Assembly (NCBI GenBank): GCA_963698415.1
Contig: CAVOQS010000008.1
Location: 197,512 to 261,511 of the forward strand
Reading direction: 5' to 3'
Source: an uncultured Gammaproteobacteria bacterium
Lineage (GTDB): Bacteria; Pseudomonadota; Gammaproteobacteria; Steroidobacterales; Woeseiaceae
DNA: 64,000 nucleotides
The position numbers and the translations under genes are program-made. The notes beneath the pieces were generated by a model. That model saw nothing but the letters and a program-made list of their open reading frames with translations, was not told the origin of the DNA and ran no database searches. Below are positions 10,362 to 20,510 of the stretch, piece by piece (position 1 is the first letter of the stretch; every line of letters begins with the position of its first letter).

Positions 10362-10528
10362 GAGGGTACTTGGCTAACTCAACTGGTAATCGCCCGGCCA
10401 AGTCGGGCAACAAGGGAAAGGGAAATCCGAATCGCCGCAGGCGCCGCCGTCCGGCGACCGAGATGTATCCGGATGACGAGGGCAGCCTCGAGGTAATACC
10501 GCCCGAGCAACTCGAGGCGAGCAAGACA

Positions 10529-11788
10529 ATGATGAACCTGACGGAGCTGAAAACCCGTCCGGCCGCAGCACTTGTCGAACTCGGAGAGTCGCTGGGCGTC
10601 GAGAACATGGCGCGTTCGCGCAAGCAGGACATCATATTCTCGATCCTCAAGGCACATGCCGCTCTGGGAGAAGACATCTACGGCGATGGCGTTCTCGAGA
10701 TTCTGCAGGACGGCTTCGGCTTCCTGCGCTCCTCGGACAGTTCCTATCTCGCCGGTCCGGACGACATCTACGTCAGCCCGAGCCAGATTCGACGTTTCAA
10801 CCTGAGAACCGGTGACACGGTGTCAGGCCTGATTCGCCCGCCGAAAGAAGGCGAGCGCTATTTCGCCTTGCTCAAGGTTGGTGAAATCAACCACGACGCG
10901 CCGGAGAACGCACGTACGAAGGTTCTCTTTGAGAACCTGACGCCGCTGTTTCCGAAAGACCGGCTCGTCCTGGAGCAGGGTAACGGCAGTACCGAGGACC
11001 TTACGGCCCGCATCATCGATATGGTCGCGCCAATAGGCAAAGGCCAGCGTGGCCTGATCGTGTCGCCGCCGAAGGCCGGTAAGACGATGCTGCTGCAGAA
11101 CATCGCTTCAGCGATCTGTGCGAACAATCCCGAGGTCGACCTGATGGTACTGCTCATCGATGAGCGCCCTGAGGAAGTCACCGAGATGACACGCACGGTG
11201 CGTGGCGAAGTGGTTTCATCGACTTTCGATGAGCCAGCCAGCCGCCACGTCCAGGTTGCCGACATGGTGATCGAGAAGGCAAAGCGCCTTGTCGAGCACA
11301 AGCGCGATGTCGTCATTCTGCTCGATTCGATTACGCGACTCGCACGTGCCTACAACACGGTTGTACCGAGCTCCGGCAAGGTCCTGACCGGTGGTGTCGA
11401 TGCCAATGCGCTGCATCGTCCGAAACGTTTCTTCGGCGCTGCCCGCAACATCGAAGAGGGCGGCAGCCTGACGATCCTGGCGACGGCACTTGTCGATACG
11501 GGTTCCAAGATGGACGAAGTGATTTACGAGGAGTTCAAAGGCACGGGCAACATGGAGATCCACCTGGATCGCCGCATTGCCGAGAAGCGCGTCTTCCCCG
11601 CAATCAACATCAACCGTTCCGGTACGCGCAAGGAAGAGCTGCTGACGGAGGACAGCGAGTTGCAGAAGATGTGGATTCTCAGAAAGGTCCTGCATCCGAT
11701 GGACGAGCTTGCCGCTATCGAGTTCCTGCTCAACAAGCTGCAGGACACCAAGACGAATGCGCAGTTCTTCGAGGCAATGAAACGCTAG
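10529..11788 (+). CDS. rho: Transcription termination factor Rho
   Basis: From MMNLTELK the protein is collinear with E. coli Rho (PPKAGKT Walker A, RNA-binding OB region). The ORF is open back to GTG 10358, but the conserved protein starts at ATG 10529/10532. Confidence 0.95.
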   Translation: MMNLTELKTRPAAALVELGESLGVENMARSRKQDIIFSILKAHAALGEDIYGDGVLEILQDGFGFLRSSDSSYLAGPDDIYVSPSQIRRFNLRTGDTVSGLIRPPKEGERYFALLKVGEINHDAPENARTKVLFENLTPLFPKDRLVLEQGNGSTEDLTARIIDMVAPIGKGQRGLIVSPPKAGKTMLLQNIASAICANNPEVDLMVLLIDERPEEVTEMTRTVRGEVVSSTFDEPASRHVQVADMVIEKAKRLVEHKRDVVILLDSITRLARAYNTVVPSSGKVLTGGVDANALHRPKRFFGAARNIEEGGSLTILATALVDTGSKMDEVIYEEFKGTGNMEIHLDRRIAEKRVFPAININRSGTRKEELLTEDSELQKMWILRKVLHPMDELAAIEFLLNKLQDTKTNAQFFEAMKR

Positions 11789-11796
11789 ACCCACAG

Positions 11797-11822
11797 TTGT
11801 GGGAGCCCGTTTTGCGGGCGAC
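11797..11822. repeat. REP-like hairpin, family B (TGTGGGAGCCCGTTTTGCGGGCGAC)
   Basis: Second copy of the AGCCCG-N4/5-GCGGGCGAC motif, immediately downstream of the rho stop. Confidence 0.45.
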
Positions 11823-11833
11823 AAAATGTGAAG

Positions 11834-11859
11834 AACGGGGCCTATAGGCCCCGTTTTTC
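11834..11859 (+). terminator. Rho-independent terminator after rho
   Basis: AACGGGGCC-TATA-GGCCCCGTT palindrome followed by TTTTT. Confidence 0.7.
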
Positions 11860-11896
11860 GTTATGATGCTGCTTTCCGCGCAAACGTAAGAAAAAT

Positions 11897-13723
11897 ATGG
11901 GATTTCTGGGGGAGCTCAAACGACGCAACGTAGTCCGTGTAGGCCTCGCCTACGTCGTGATCGCGTGGTTGCTCGCCCAGGTCGCGGAGTTCGCTTTCGA
12001 AAATTTTGGTGCGCCGGAATGGGTCTTGAAGACCTTTGTTGTCGTACTGCTTCTCGGTTTGCCGCTTGCCTTGTTCTTCGCGTGGGCGTTCGAGTTGACG
12101 CCGGAAGGTCTCAGGCTCGAGAAAGAGGTCGATCGCAGTACATCGATCACACCGCAGACGGGCCGCAAGCTGGACCGGGTGATTATTGTTGCGCTCGCAG
12201 TCGCGCTGGTCTATTTCATCTGGGACGGTCGCGATACGCCTGTGGTCGACGAAGTACAACCGACCAATGCTGAGATTGTAGAAGCGCCAACAGCACGATC
12301 GATCGCCGTGCTGCCTTTCGTCAACATGTCGTCGGACCAGGAGCAGGAGTGGTTCGCCGACGGGCTGACGGAAGAACTGCTCAATTCCCTTGCGCGCATG
12401 CCCGACCTGCTGGTTGCAGCGCGGACCTCGTCTTTCGCCTACAAGGGCTCGAACGAAAGCGTCATGGCGATAGCCGAAGCGCTTGATGTGGCGCATGTGC
12501 TGGAAGGTTCGGTGCGGCGCGGCAAGGACCGACTGCGCATAACGGCGCAGCTTATTCGAGCGTCGGACGGGTTCCACCTGTGGTCAGAGACGTATGACCG
12601 CACGCCCGATGATGTCATTGCGATCCAGGAAGACCTTGCGATCGAAATCGCGGGGGCTCTTGAAATCGCGATGGATCCGGAGGCCCTGGCGGATATGGTC
12701 TCGGTGGGCACCGCGTCAGTTCCTGCGTACGAAGCGTACCTGGAAGGGCTCGCTCACGACTCGCAAGCGAACCGGACCGGCGACCAGACTCTTAACCTGA
12801 AAGCGAAAGAGTCCTTTGAACGCGCGCTGGCGATAGACCCGAAATTCACGTCGGCTCACATCGAACTCGCCTTTTTCTGGACCGCGGAAATGACATTCAA
12901 CAATATTGGCTCGCAGTTGGTGGATATCTCGCCGGCCGAGAAGATGGCGGGTTTCAGGCAGCACATCACTGCTGCGATTGACAACTCCACAGATGAAATC
13001 GGTATAGACCATTTGCGTGCCTGGGTGGCCACCGTGGATTTGCGGTTTAACGACGCGCTTGAATTGCTGAACAAGTACGTGCAGGCGCGACCGAATGATA
13101 GCGATGCTGCGCAATCGCTGGTCAACATCAAGATGCGGCTCGGGCGATGGGATGAAGCCCTGGAGCAGTTGGGAAATGCAGTCGAGCTGAACAGGGATGA
13201 CCCGCAGCCAATGAACTGGCTGATTGCGACGCACGTCTTTGCGGGTGACTACCAGGGCGCATCGGCACTTGCGAAAGACATGGTCAGACGGTTCCCGGAC
13301 AACGCGCTGGTTCTGTACCAGGCGCACCGCGCGTTGATCTGGAACGGCGAATACGACGCGGCCAGGGAACTGGTCCCGCGAATCGAGGCCAGTCAGCTGC
13401 CGCCCGTCAATTTCGCGTTCGTAAATCTCCGCCAGGCCTGCGCCGATGACGATCTGGATGCGGCGCGAGAGATCATGGATGCCCTCGAGAGCGAGTACGC
13501 TGATGACACGCTCTGGATTCCCTACCACGTGACCGGGCAGCTGGAGAAAGTCGAAGCAGTGATGCGGCCGATCCACGATAGTGGCCAGCTGTTCGCGCTG
13601 TCCGAGTTCCTGAATTACCCTTATTTCGACCCGTATCCGTACCCCAGGCTGATGGCGGTACTGGAAAGAGAGGGAATCAACCGACCAGATCCGATCGAGA
13701 TCCCATTCGCCTGCAGCTTCTAG
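11897..13723 (+). CDS. Membrane-anchored TPR-repeat protein
   Basis: 608-aa ORF. It has the widespread N-terminal motif FLGELKRRNVVRV..AYVVIAWLLAQV with 2-3 TM helices, then a long TPR-like helical-repeat region. Confidence 0.6.
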   Translation: MGFLGELKRRNVVRVGLAYVVIAWLLAQVAEFAFENFGAPEWVLKTFVVVLLLGLPLALFFAWAFELTPEGLRLEKEVDRSTSITPQTGRKLDRVIIVALAVALVYFIWDGRDTPVVDEVQPTNAEIVEAPTARSIAVLPFVNMSSDQEQEWFADGLTEELLNSLARMPDLLVAARTSSFAYKGSNESVMAIAEALDVAHVLEGSVRRGKDRLRITAQLIRASDGFHLWSETYDRTPDDVIAIQEDLAIEIAGALEIAMDPEALADMVSVGTASVPAYEAYLEGLAHDSQANRTGDQTLNLKAKESFERALAIDPKFTSAHIELAFFWTAEMTFNNIGSQLVDISPAEKMAGFRQHITAAIDNSTDEIGIDHLRAWVATVDLRFNDALELLNKYVQARPNDSDAAQSLVNIKMRLGRWDEALEQLGNAVELNRDDPQPMNWLIATHVFAGDYQGASALAKDMVRRFPDNALVLYQAHRALIWNGEYDAARELVPRIEASQLPPVNFAFVNLRQACADDDLDAAREIMDALESEYADDTLWIPYHVTGQLEKVEAVMRPIHDSGQLFALSEFLNYPYFDPYPYPRLMAVLEREGINRPDPIEIPFACSF

Positions 13724-14094
13724 CCCCGGCTGGCCAGCCAGCGACGCGCCTCAAATTCATCGGTAAACAGTCGGCCATTCAACAGGCCGCGATTCAGCAA
13801 TATCGTTTCGGCCACTTCGGTCATCTTGAGTGCGTCCGGGTTTAACTGCACCCAGGCGATGCGGTGATCGATCGTGACGCCCGCCTCGAGAAAGATCGCC
13901 TGGTGGTCGATGGCATCGGACAGCTTGAGCGGCCGGTCCATATTGCTTAGCCCGAGTATGGAAAAGCAGTGGTGCTCTGCGCTGGCGGCGACGATATCTT
14001 TCCACATCCGCGTGACCGATTCGCGATCCGGGATCCCGGTAGCCCGGACTTCGATCGTCGAGTGGACAAAGGCGATGCTGTAGGCCGCGGTCAT
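13720..14094 (-). CDS. Hypothetical protein
   Basis: 124-aa ORF filling the gap, with plausible composition. No family recognised with confidence. Its stop overlaps the convergent TPR gene stop. Confidence 0.4.
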   Translation of the reverse strand: MTAAYSIAFVHSTIEVRATGIPDRESVTRMWKDIVAASAEHHCFSILGLSNMDRPLKLSDAIDHQAIFLEAGVTIDHRIAWVQLNPDALKMTEVAETILLNRGLLNGRLFTDEFEARRWLASRG

Positions 14095-14125
14095 GTATCA
14101 AGTCTAGTAGCTGCGACCGTTTTTT

Positions 14126-14527
14126 TCATCCGATTTTCTGTTCGTAGACAGGCAAGTCGTCGCCGATCTGCATCCAGGGCTGCTTGTCTTCTGTCCAGAT
14201 GTGGGCGCGCAGTACCGGTGCTGTCGGATCGTCGAGCGTATTCAATGTGAGGTCAATGTCACCCGGGCGATTCTCGTTTTCGTAAGAGATCGAAGAGCCA
14301 CAGTCGCGGCAGACGCCGCGGGTCACGCCGGGAGAAGAGTGCAGCCAATGCATCGAGCCAGCCGTGACCTCAAACGTGGCCCTGGCGTAAGTCGCCCATG
14401 CGACAACCGGGGCCCCGGCCGCTCGCTGACAGCTTTCGCAATAGCAGTAGCAGGCAAATTGCTCCGGGCCGTCCACGGCAAACCGGACGGCACCGCAGAA
14501 GCAGCGCCCGGTGATTCTCTCAGACAT
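14126..14527 (-). CDS. GFA (glutathione-dependent formaldehyde-activating / CENP-V) family protein
   Basis: Cys motifs CFCGAV ... CYCYCESCQRAAGAP ... CRDCGS. Start chosen at MSERITG. An upstream in-frame start at 14554 is possible. Confidence 0.7.
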   Translation of the reverse strand: MSERITGRCFCGAVRFAVDGPEQFACYCYCESCQRAAGAPVVAWATYARATFEVTAGSMHWLHSSPGVTRGVCRDCGSSISYENENRPGDIDLTLNTLDDPTAPVLRAHIWTEDKQPWMQIGDDLPVYEQKIG

Positions 14528-15116
14528 CCAGAAACTGGACTTTGCCGCTCTCAATGGAGTAATTGGCGCCGACGATCGTCAGCTCACCGGACTCCACCAG
14601 TTGCTCGATGATCAGCGAGCCGTGCTGCAGGCGCCTGACCGACTGGTGGACATTGGCGACCACGGCTTCCTGCAGGCTGATGTGCCGCTCGCCAAGGGAA
14701 TCGATGGCGGGCCGGATGCGGTCAACAATGGCACGCAGGTTCGGTGACCGCACTTCCTGATCCGCCGCCAGTTCCTTGAGCGTCGCATCGACCGCACCGC
14801 AGTTGCTGTGGCCGAGCACGACGACCAGTCTCGTACCCAGTTGGGCGGCTGCAAACTCGACACTGCCAACCTGTGACGGCGCAACGATATTGCCCGCTAC
14901 CCGGATTACGAACAGGTCACCGAGACCCTGGTCGAAAACCATCTCAACCGGTACACGCGAGTCGGAGCAGGCGAGGATGATCGCAAACGGCGTCTGCCCC
15001 GCGGAGAGTTCGGCTCGATTGGCTTGCGTGCCAGAAATGTTCTTGCCGCCTTCGCCATTGGCGAAACGGCGGTTGCCTTCGCGAAGGCGTTTTAGTGCGT
15101 CAACAGCAGAAATCAT
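14520..15116 (-). CDS. Beta-class carbonic anhydrase
   Basis: 198-aa ORF with CSDSRV ... VIRVAGN ... GHSNCGAV zinc-ligand motifs. Confidence 0.85.
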   Translation of the reverse strand: MISAVDALKRLREGNRRFANGEGGKNISGTQANRAELSAGQTPFAIILACSDSRVPVEMVFDQGLGDLFVIRVAGNIVAPSQVGSVEFAAAQLGTRLVVVLGHSNCGAVDATLKELAADQEVRSPNLRAIVDRIRPAIDSLGERHISLQEAVVANVHQSVRRLQHGSLIIEQLVESGELTIVGANYSIESGKVQFLDV

Positions 15117-15125
15117 GCCTGAAGA

Positions 15126-16322
15126 TTACCACCGATGGAGACGAACTGACGTACCGGCTGGAAACTGACTTTGCTCCTGCGCCAGTTCGGCGTACCCGTC
15201 AGTCGCCGAGAGGGCGGTGAAATCGCCAGAGGTATTGGTTTTCACTGGTATGGCGAGAACCTGCCCCGCGGCACTGGAGGCGAGTTTTACCGGCTGGAAG
15301 CAGGTCAGGTCGGGCATGAACGTGACCTCGCTCGCCAGCGATGCGAATTCGGGTGGCGCGGGTACTGCAGCCGAGGCCTTGTCGAGTGCAGGAATGACAT
15401 ACTGCCGACAGCAGACGAGCGCCGACACGGGATTGCCCGGCAGCGCGAACACGGCCTGCCCACCGGGTCCGGTTCCAAACCACATCGGTTTGCCAGGTCG
15501 CTGGCTGACTTTGTGGAATACCACCTCAACGCCGAGATCGCCGAGCACGGCCGGCACGTAGTCGGCTTTGCCCATGGAAACGCCGCCGCTGAGAACGAGG
15601 ACATTCGAGGCATCGAGGTGTGCGCTGATTCGCTCTCGTAGCAGCTCGGGCTCGTCCGCAATATGATCGTGGGCGCAGTTGTCATAGCCGTGCCGCGAGA
15701 GCATCGCCCGGATCGCAGGTCCGTTCGACATCCGGATCTGGTGTGCTTGAATCGGTTCGCCCGGTGGAACCAGCTCGTTGCCCGTTGAGATGACCCGAAT
15801 AACGGGTGCGCAACTGACGCTGGCCGCGGTCAGGCCGCAAGACACGATGACCGCGATGTCCATCGGCGAGATGCACTTGCCGGGTCTCAGCAGCTCCGCA
15901 CCCGCCGCATAATCGGAGGCACGGGGGTGAATAAACTGCCCCTGCCTGGCTTCGTACCCGTCCTCGAGCGTCGCCGTACCGCCTGCAGCGCGAACGCGCT
16001 CGACCGGAACAATGCAATCGGCATTCCCGGGCAATGACGCGCCGGTCATTATCTCGATCGCCTTGCCGGCGTCCAGGGTCAGTGCCGGATCCCCGGCGGC
16101 CTGTGACGCCTGGACTGGAAAGCTACGCGCGCCACCTGCGTAGTCCGAATACGCGATGGCAATGCCGTCCATCATGACTCGATCGAAAGGGGGCTGGTCT
16201 CGTTCCGCAACGATGCTCTGTCGCAGCACCCGTCCAGTCAGGTTCGCAACGTCGACCGTTTCGGCAGGAAATTCCGGCATCGCTGCCAGGACGGCTTCCA
16301 GCGCCTCGGCGGTCGTCAGCAC
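15126..16322 (-). CDS. moeA: Molybdopterin molybdotransferase MoeA
   Basis: 398-aa ORF with MoeA-type N-terminus and a central MoCF-biosynthesis domain (LSGGVSMGKADY). GTG start is 3 nt after the purD stop. Confidence 0.85.
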   Translation of the reverse strand: MLTTAEALEAVLAAMPEFPAETVDVANLTGRVLRQSIVAERDQPPFDRVMMDGIAIAYSDYAGGARSFPVQASQAAGDPALTLDAGKAIEIMTGASLPGNADCIVPVERVRAAGGTATLEDGYEARQGQFIHPRASDYAAGAELLRPGKCISPMDIAVIVSCGLTAASVSCAPVIRVISTGNELVPPGEPIQAHQIRMSNGPAIRAMLSRHGYDNCAHDHIADEPELLRERISAHLDASNVLVLSGGVSMGKADYVPAVLGDLGVEVVFHKVSQRPGKPMWFGTGPGGQAVFALPGNPVSALVCCRQYVIPALDKASAAVPAPPEFASLASEVTFMPDLTCFQPVKLASSAAGQVLAIPVKTNTSGDFTALSATDGYAELAQEQSQFPAGTSVRLHRW

Positions 16323-16325
16323 GGT

Positions 16326-17612
16326 TTACGCAGTCTCCCGCGCAATTGCGCGATGGCCAATATCACGCCGGTAATACACGTCTTCCCAGTCAATCTTCGC
16401 AACGGCCGCATAGGCATCGGCAGCGGCGTCTGCGACCGTGTGACCGAGCCCGACGACGCACAAAACACGGCCGCCACTCGTTACCACGTCATCGTCGACC
16501 AGTGCTGTACCGGCATGAAACACCTTTTGCGTATTGCTGTCGGCGTTCTCGAGACCGGAAATGACCTTGCCCTTCTCGTAGCTCGATGGGTAACCGCCGG
16601 CTGCCATGACCACGCCGAGCGCCGCGCGCGTATCCCATATCGCGTCACGTTGATCGAGATCGCCCTCGATCGTCGACAGGCAAAAATCGACGAGGTCGGA
16701 TTTGAGCCGCGCCATGATCGGCTGTGTCTCCGGGTCGCCCATTCGACAGTTGAACTCGATGACCTTGGGCGTGCCGTCCGCCATGACCATGAGGCCAGCG
16801 TAGAGGAAGCCCAGGTAAGGATTGCCATCGGCCTTCATGCCCTCGAGCGTCGGCCGAATCACCTCGTCCATGATGCGTGCTTCGATGTCCGGCGTGACGA
16901 CCGGGGCCGGGGAGTAGGCGCCCATGCCGCCCGTGTTCGGACCAACGTCGCCGTCGTCGCGAGCCTTGTGGTCCTGTGAGGTCGCGAGCGGCAGGATGGC
17001 ATCACCATCGGTTATTACGATGAAACTTGCTTCCTCGCCTTCCAGGAACTCCTCAACGACAATCCTGGCCCCGGCCTCGCCGAAGCTGCCACCGGCGAGC
17101 ATGTCCGTAGCCGCCTGCTCGGCTTCTGCGAGTGTCTGCGCAACAATGACGCCCTTGCCGGCCGCAAGGCCATCGGCCTTGATGACAATCGGCGCCCCCT
17201 GGCGACGTATGTATTCGAGGGCGGGCGCGAGCTCGGTGAAGTTCTGGTAGTCAGCCGTCGGGATATGGTGACGGGCGAGAAAATCCTTGGTAAATGCTTT
17301 GGATCCCTCGAGCTGTGCCGCGGCTGCCGTTGGGCCAAAACAGGGCAGACGGAGCTCGTTGAAACGATCCACGATACCTGCGACCAGCGGCGCTTCAGGG
17401 CCAACGATCGTCAGCGCGACGGCTTCATCCTGAGCAAGCTGCGCAAGGGCCTCGATATCGTCGGAAGAAACCGCGACATTGCGAACCTTGTCTTCCCTGG
17501 CCGTTCCGGCGTTGCCAGGCGCGACCAGCACCTCCTCGACCCGGGGGGACTGGGCACATTTCCAGGCCAGTGCGTGTTCGCGACCGCCGGAGCCTATGAT
17601 CAAAACATTCAT
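16326..17612 (-). CDS. purD: Phosphoribosylamine--glycine ligase
   Basis: 428-aa ORF beginning [18 protein letters not shown], with an ATP-grasp core. Its start overlaps the purH stop (TAATG). Confidence 0.95.
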   Translation of the reverse strand: MNVLIIGSGGREHALAWKCAQSPRVEEVLVAPGNAGTAREDKVRNVAVSSDDIEALAQLAQDEAVALTIVGPEAPLVAGIVDRFNELRLPCFGPTAAAAQLEGSKAFTKDFLARHHIPTADYQNFTELAPALEYIRRQGAPIVIKADGLAAGKGVIVAQTLAEAEQAATDMLAGGSFGEAGARIVVEEFLEGEEASFIVITDGDAILPLATSQDHKARDDGDVGPNTGGMGAYSPAPVVTPDIEARIMDEVIRPTLEGMKADGNPYLGFLYAGLMVMADGTPKVIEFNCRMGDPETQPIMARLKSDLVDFCLSTIEGDLDQRDAIWDTRAALGVVMAAGGYPSSYEKGKVISGLENADSNTQKVFHAGTALVDDDVVTSGGRVLCVVGLGHTVADAAADAYAAVAKIDWEDVYYRRDIGHRAIARETA

Positions 17613-19174
17613 TAGTGACGGAAGTGTCGCATGCCCGTAAAGACCATGGCCAGACCGTGCTCGTTGGCCGCCTGGATAACCTCGTCATCGCGCATGGAGC
17701 CGCCGGGCTGGATGATCGCCGAAATACCGGTTTGGGCCGCGGCATCGATGCCATCGCGGAACGGGAAGAAAGCGTCCGAGGCCATCACCGAACCGGCGAC
17801 GTCGAGTCCTTCGTCGGCTGCCTTGATGGCAGCGATCTTCGTCGAGTAGACGCGGCTCATCTGGCCGGCGCCAACACCGATGGTCATATTGTCCTTGCAG
17901 AATATGATCGCGTTGGATTTCACGTACTTCACGACCGTCCACGCAAACAGCATGTCCTGAACCTGCGCCGGGGTCGGCGCTTTTTCGGTGACGACCCTGA
18001 GGTCGTCGGCGGTGATGCTTCCGAGGTCACTCGTCTGGACCAGAAGGCCGCCGGAGACTTTCTTGAAATCAAAAGATTCGCCTGCAACGCGGGCTCCCAC
18101 TGGTGCCCAATCGCCGACTTCCAGGACTCTGACGTTTTTCTTCGCTGCGCACGCCTTTTGGGCGCCCGAATCGATCGACGGCGCGATGATCACTTCAACA
18201 AACTGGCGGTCAACGATAGTCTGTGCCGTCTCCGCATCGAGCGGCCGATTGAATGCGATGATTCCGCCGAACGCCGAGGTCGGATCTGTCTTGAACGCCT
18301 TCTCGTAGGCCTCGAGGATGTCACCGGCTACCGCCACACCGCACGGGTTGGCGTGCTTGACGATCACGCAGGCGGGACTCGTGAATTGCTTCACACACTC
18401 GAGCGCCGCATCGCTGTCGGCGATGTTGTTGTAGGAAAGCGCCTTGCCTTGCAGTTGCTTCGCGGCGGCCAGTGAACCCGCGGGAGCCTGTTGATCAACG
18501 TAGAACGCTGCTTGCTGGTGCGGGTTTTCGCCGTAGCGGAGTCTCTCGGAAAGGCCACCGGAGTAGAGGAAGCGTTCGCCAAGAACGTCATCGCCCAGCG
18601 ATGCCGACAGGTATTTCGTAATCGCCGTGTCGTAACTCGCGGTATGCGCATAGGCCTTTGCGGCAAGTCTGCGCCTGTCAGCCAGTTCGAGACCATTGCC
18701 CTGGAGTTTTTCGAGCACCGCGTCGTAGTCGTCGGGGCTGACGCAAACAGCGACGCCGTCATGATTCTTGCTGGCCGCACGAATCATCGCCGGACCGCCG
18801 ATATCGATGTTCTCGATAGCGTCGTCGATCGTCGCGTCTTCGCGTGCGATGGTTTGTTCAAACGGGTACAGGTTGACGACGAGCAGGTCGATCGGTTCGA
18901 TGCCGTGCTCGCTCATCACGGCCTCATCGGTCCCTCGGCGACCGAGCAGTCCGCCATGGATGACAGGATGCAGCGTTTTGACGCGGCCATCCATGATCTC
19001 CGGGAACCCGGTTTTCTCTGCAACCTCGATGACGTCGAGGCCGGCCTCGCGCAACTGGCGGCAGGTGCCACCCGTGGAAAGGACTTCAACGCCAAGACCG
19101 GCAAGGCCCTCTACAAAAGGAATAAGTCCACGCTTGTCAGAAACACTGACGAGCGCACGTCGTACTTTGAACAT
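17612..19174 (-). CDS. purH: Bifunctional AICAR transformylase / IMP cyclohydrolase
   Basis: 520-aa ORF beginning [12 protein letters not shown] and ending MRHFRH. Full-length PurH pattern. Confidence 0.95.
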   Translation of the reverse strand: MFKVRRALVSVSDKRGLIPFVEGLAGLGVEVLSTGGTCRQLREAGLDVIEVAEKTGFPEIMDGRVKTLHPVIHGGLLGRRGTDEAVMSEHGIEPIDLLVVNLYPFEQTIAREDATIDDAIENIDIGGPAMIRAASKNHDGVAVCVSPDDYDAVLEKLQGNGLELADRRRLAAKAYAHTASYDTAITKYLSASLGDDVLGERFLYSGGLSERLRYGENPHQQAAFYVDQQAPAGSLAAAKQLQGKALSYNNIADSDAALECVKQFTSPACVIVKHANPCGVAVAGDILEAYEKAFKTDPTSAFGGIIAFNRPLDAETAQTIVDRQFVEVIIAPSIDSGAQKACAAKKNVRVLEVGDWAPVGARVAGESFDFKKVSGGLLVQTSDLGSITADDLRVVTEKAPTPAQVQDMLFAWTVVKYVKSNAIIFCKDNMTIGVGAGQMSRVYSTKIAAIKAADEGLDVAGSVMASDAFFPFRDGIDAAAQTGISAIIQPGGSMRDDEVIQAANEHGLAMVFTGMRHFRH

Positions 19175-19203
19175 GCTTGCACCTGGGTAGCGATTGGGGG
19201 TGG

Positions 19204-19482
19204 CTATTGAATGAGGGAATAGGTCCTGAGTTTCTTGCGCAGGGTCCCGCGATTAATTCCAAGAATACCCGCAGCCTGGCTCTGGTTGCCGTCGGTGAAA
19301 TCCATGACGGCCTTGAACAATGGCCGCTCTACCTCGCCGATTACGAGATCGTACAAATCGCCGGGACGATCGCCGTTCAGAGCGGCGAAATACTGGTCGA
19401 GTGCGTCTTCGGTGTGCTTACAAAGCGGCTTCTTGTTGGTTTTTATCCCGGTGTCTTTCTTCTTGTTTTGTTTCTGTGCCAC
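19204..19482 (-). CDS. fis: DNA-binding protein Fis
   Basis: 92-aa ORF. The C-terminal [27 protein letters not shown] matches Fis. GTG start lies 65 nt inside the dusB 3' end. Confidence 0.85.
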   Translation of the reverse strand: MAQKQNKKKDTGIKTNKKPLCKHTEDALDQYFAALNGDRPGDLYDLVIGEVERPLFKAVMDFTDGNQSQAAGILGINRGTLRKKLRTYSLIQ

Positions 19483-20464
19483 TTCGGTTGTTCCCCAAGA
19501 AATACTGCTTCGTCAGTCTCAGCTGTTCGGAAGCGCTGTCAACGCGCACCACCTGATGCCGAAAATCTTCAGCGTCATACAGGTTTTCGCAATACCAGGT
19601 CAGATGTTTGCGGGCCACTCGAACGCCGGTGGTTTCCCCATAAAACCGGTGCAGATCATTCAAGTGGCCGAGCATAATATCACGCAATTCATTTTTTTCT
19701 AGCTGCGTATTTTCCACAGTTGGATCAAGCGCAGCGACGAGTTCGCGAAAGATCCACGGGCGCCCCTGGGCGCCCCGCCCAATCATCAAGCCATCTGCAT
19801 TAGTTAGGCGCAGAACTTCAAGCGACTTCTTCACTGTCGTAATGTCGCCGTTGGCAATAACGGGAATCCCCACGGCCTCTTTGACGCGCGCAATTGTTTC
19901 GTATTCCGCGGAGCCCCTGTACCGATCCTCACGAGTTCTGCCATGAATGGCGAGCGCTTGAATGCCGGCATCCTCTGCGATGCGCGCGATCTGGAGTGCA
20001 TTGCGATGTTCCCGGTCCCAGCCGGTGCGAAATTTCAGCGTGACCGGTACTTCGACGGCGGCAACGACGGCAGCCAGGATTTCAGCGACCAGCTTTTCGT
20101 CCTGGAGCAATGCCGATCCGGCGAGCTTCTTGCAGACCTTTTTCGCCGGGCAACCCATATTGATATCAATGATTTGGGCGCCCCGATCGACGCATGCCCT
20201 GGCCGCGATCGCCAACTGGCCGGGTTCCGAACCCGCAATCTGCACGGCGACGGGCTCGGCGTCGAGGTCCAGGTCCAGACGGTGTCGTGATTTCGCCGTC
20301 TGCCAGAGGCTGGTGTCGGCTGTCGTCATCTCCGAGGTCGTCATCCCGGCCCCGTAGCTGCGGCAGATGCGCCGGAACGGTGCGTCGGTCACGCCGGCCA
20401 TCGGCGCGAGCACGAAGGGACTCTGCAGCGTGTAGGGGCCGATTTTGAGGGGTGCGGGGGTCAC
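19418..20464 (-). CDS. dusB: tRNA-dihydrouridine synthase B
   Basis: 348-aa ORF with LAPMAGVTD ... DINMGCPAKKV Dus motifs. Classic dusB-fis pairing. Confidence 0.9.
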   Translation of the reverse strand: MTPAPLKIGPYTLQSPFVLAPMAGVTDAPFRRICRSYGAGMTTSEMTTADTSLWQTAKSRHRLDLDLDAEPVAVQIAGSEPGQLAIAARACVDRGAQIIDINMGCPAKKVCKKLAGSALLQDEKLVAEILAAVVAAVEVPVTLKFRTGWDREHRNALQIARIAEDAGIQALAIHGRTREDRYRGSAEYETIARVKEAVGIPVIANGDITTVKKSLEVLRLTNADGLMIGRGAQGRPWIFRELVAALDPTVENTQLEKNELRDIMLGHLNDLHRFYGETTGVRVARKHLTWYCENLYDAEDFRHQVVRVDSASEQLRLTKQYFLGNNRSGTETKQEERHRDKNQQEAAL

Positions 20465-20510
20465 TCGACGGATTGTACTGCTGCGGCCCCGCGTGGGCGA
20501 CCTGCAATGC

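Noticed and set aside
17615-18475. 286-aa ORF antisense to purH (and similar ORFs antisense to purD, accC, rhlB and ileS)
   Set aside because: Each overlaps a conserved housekeeping gene. These are long open frames expected from GC-rich codon bias.
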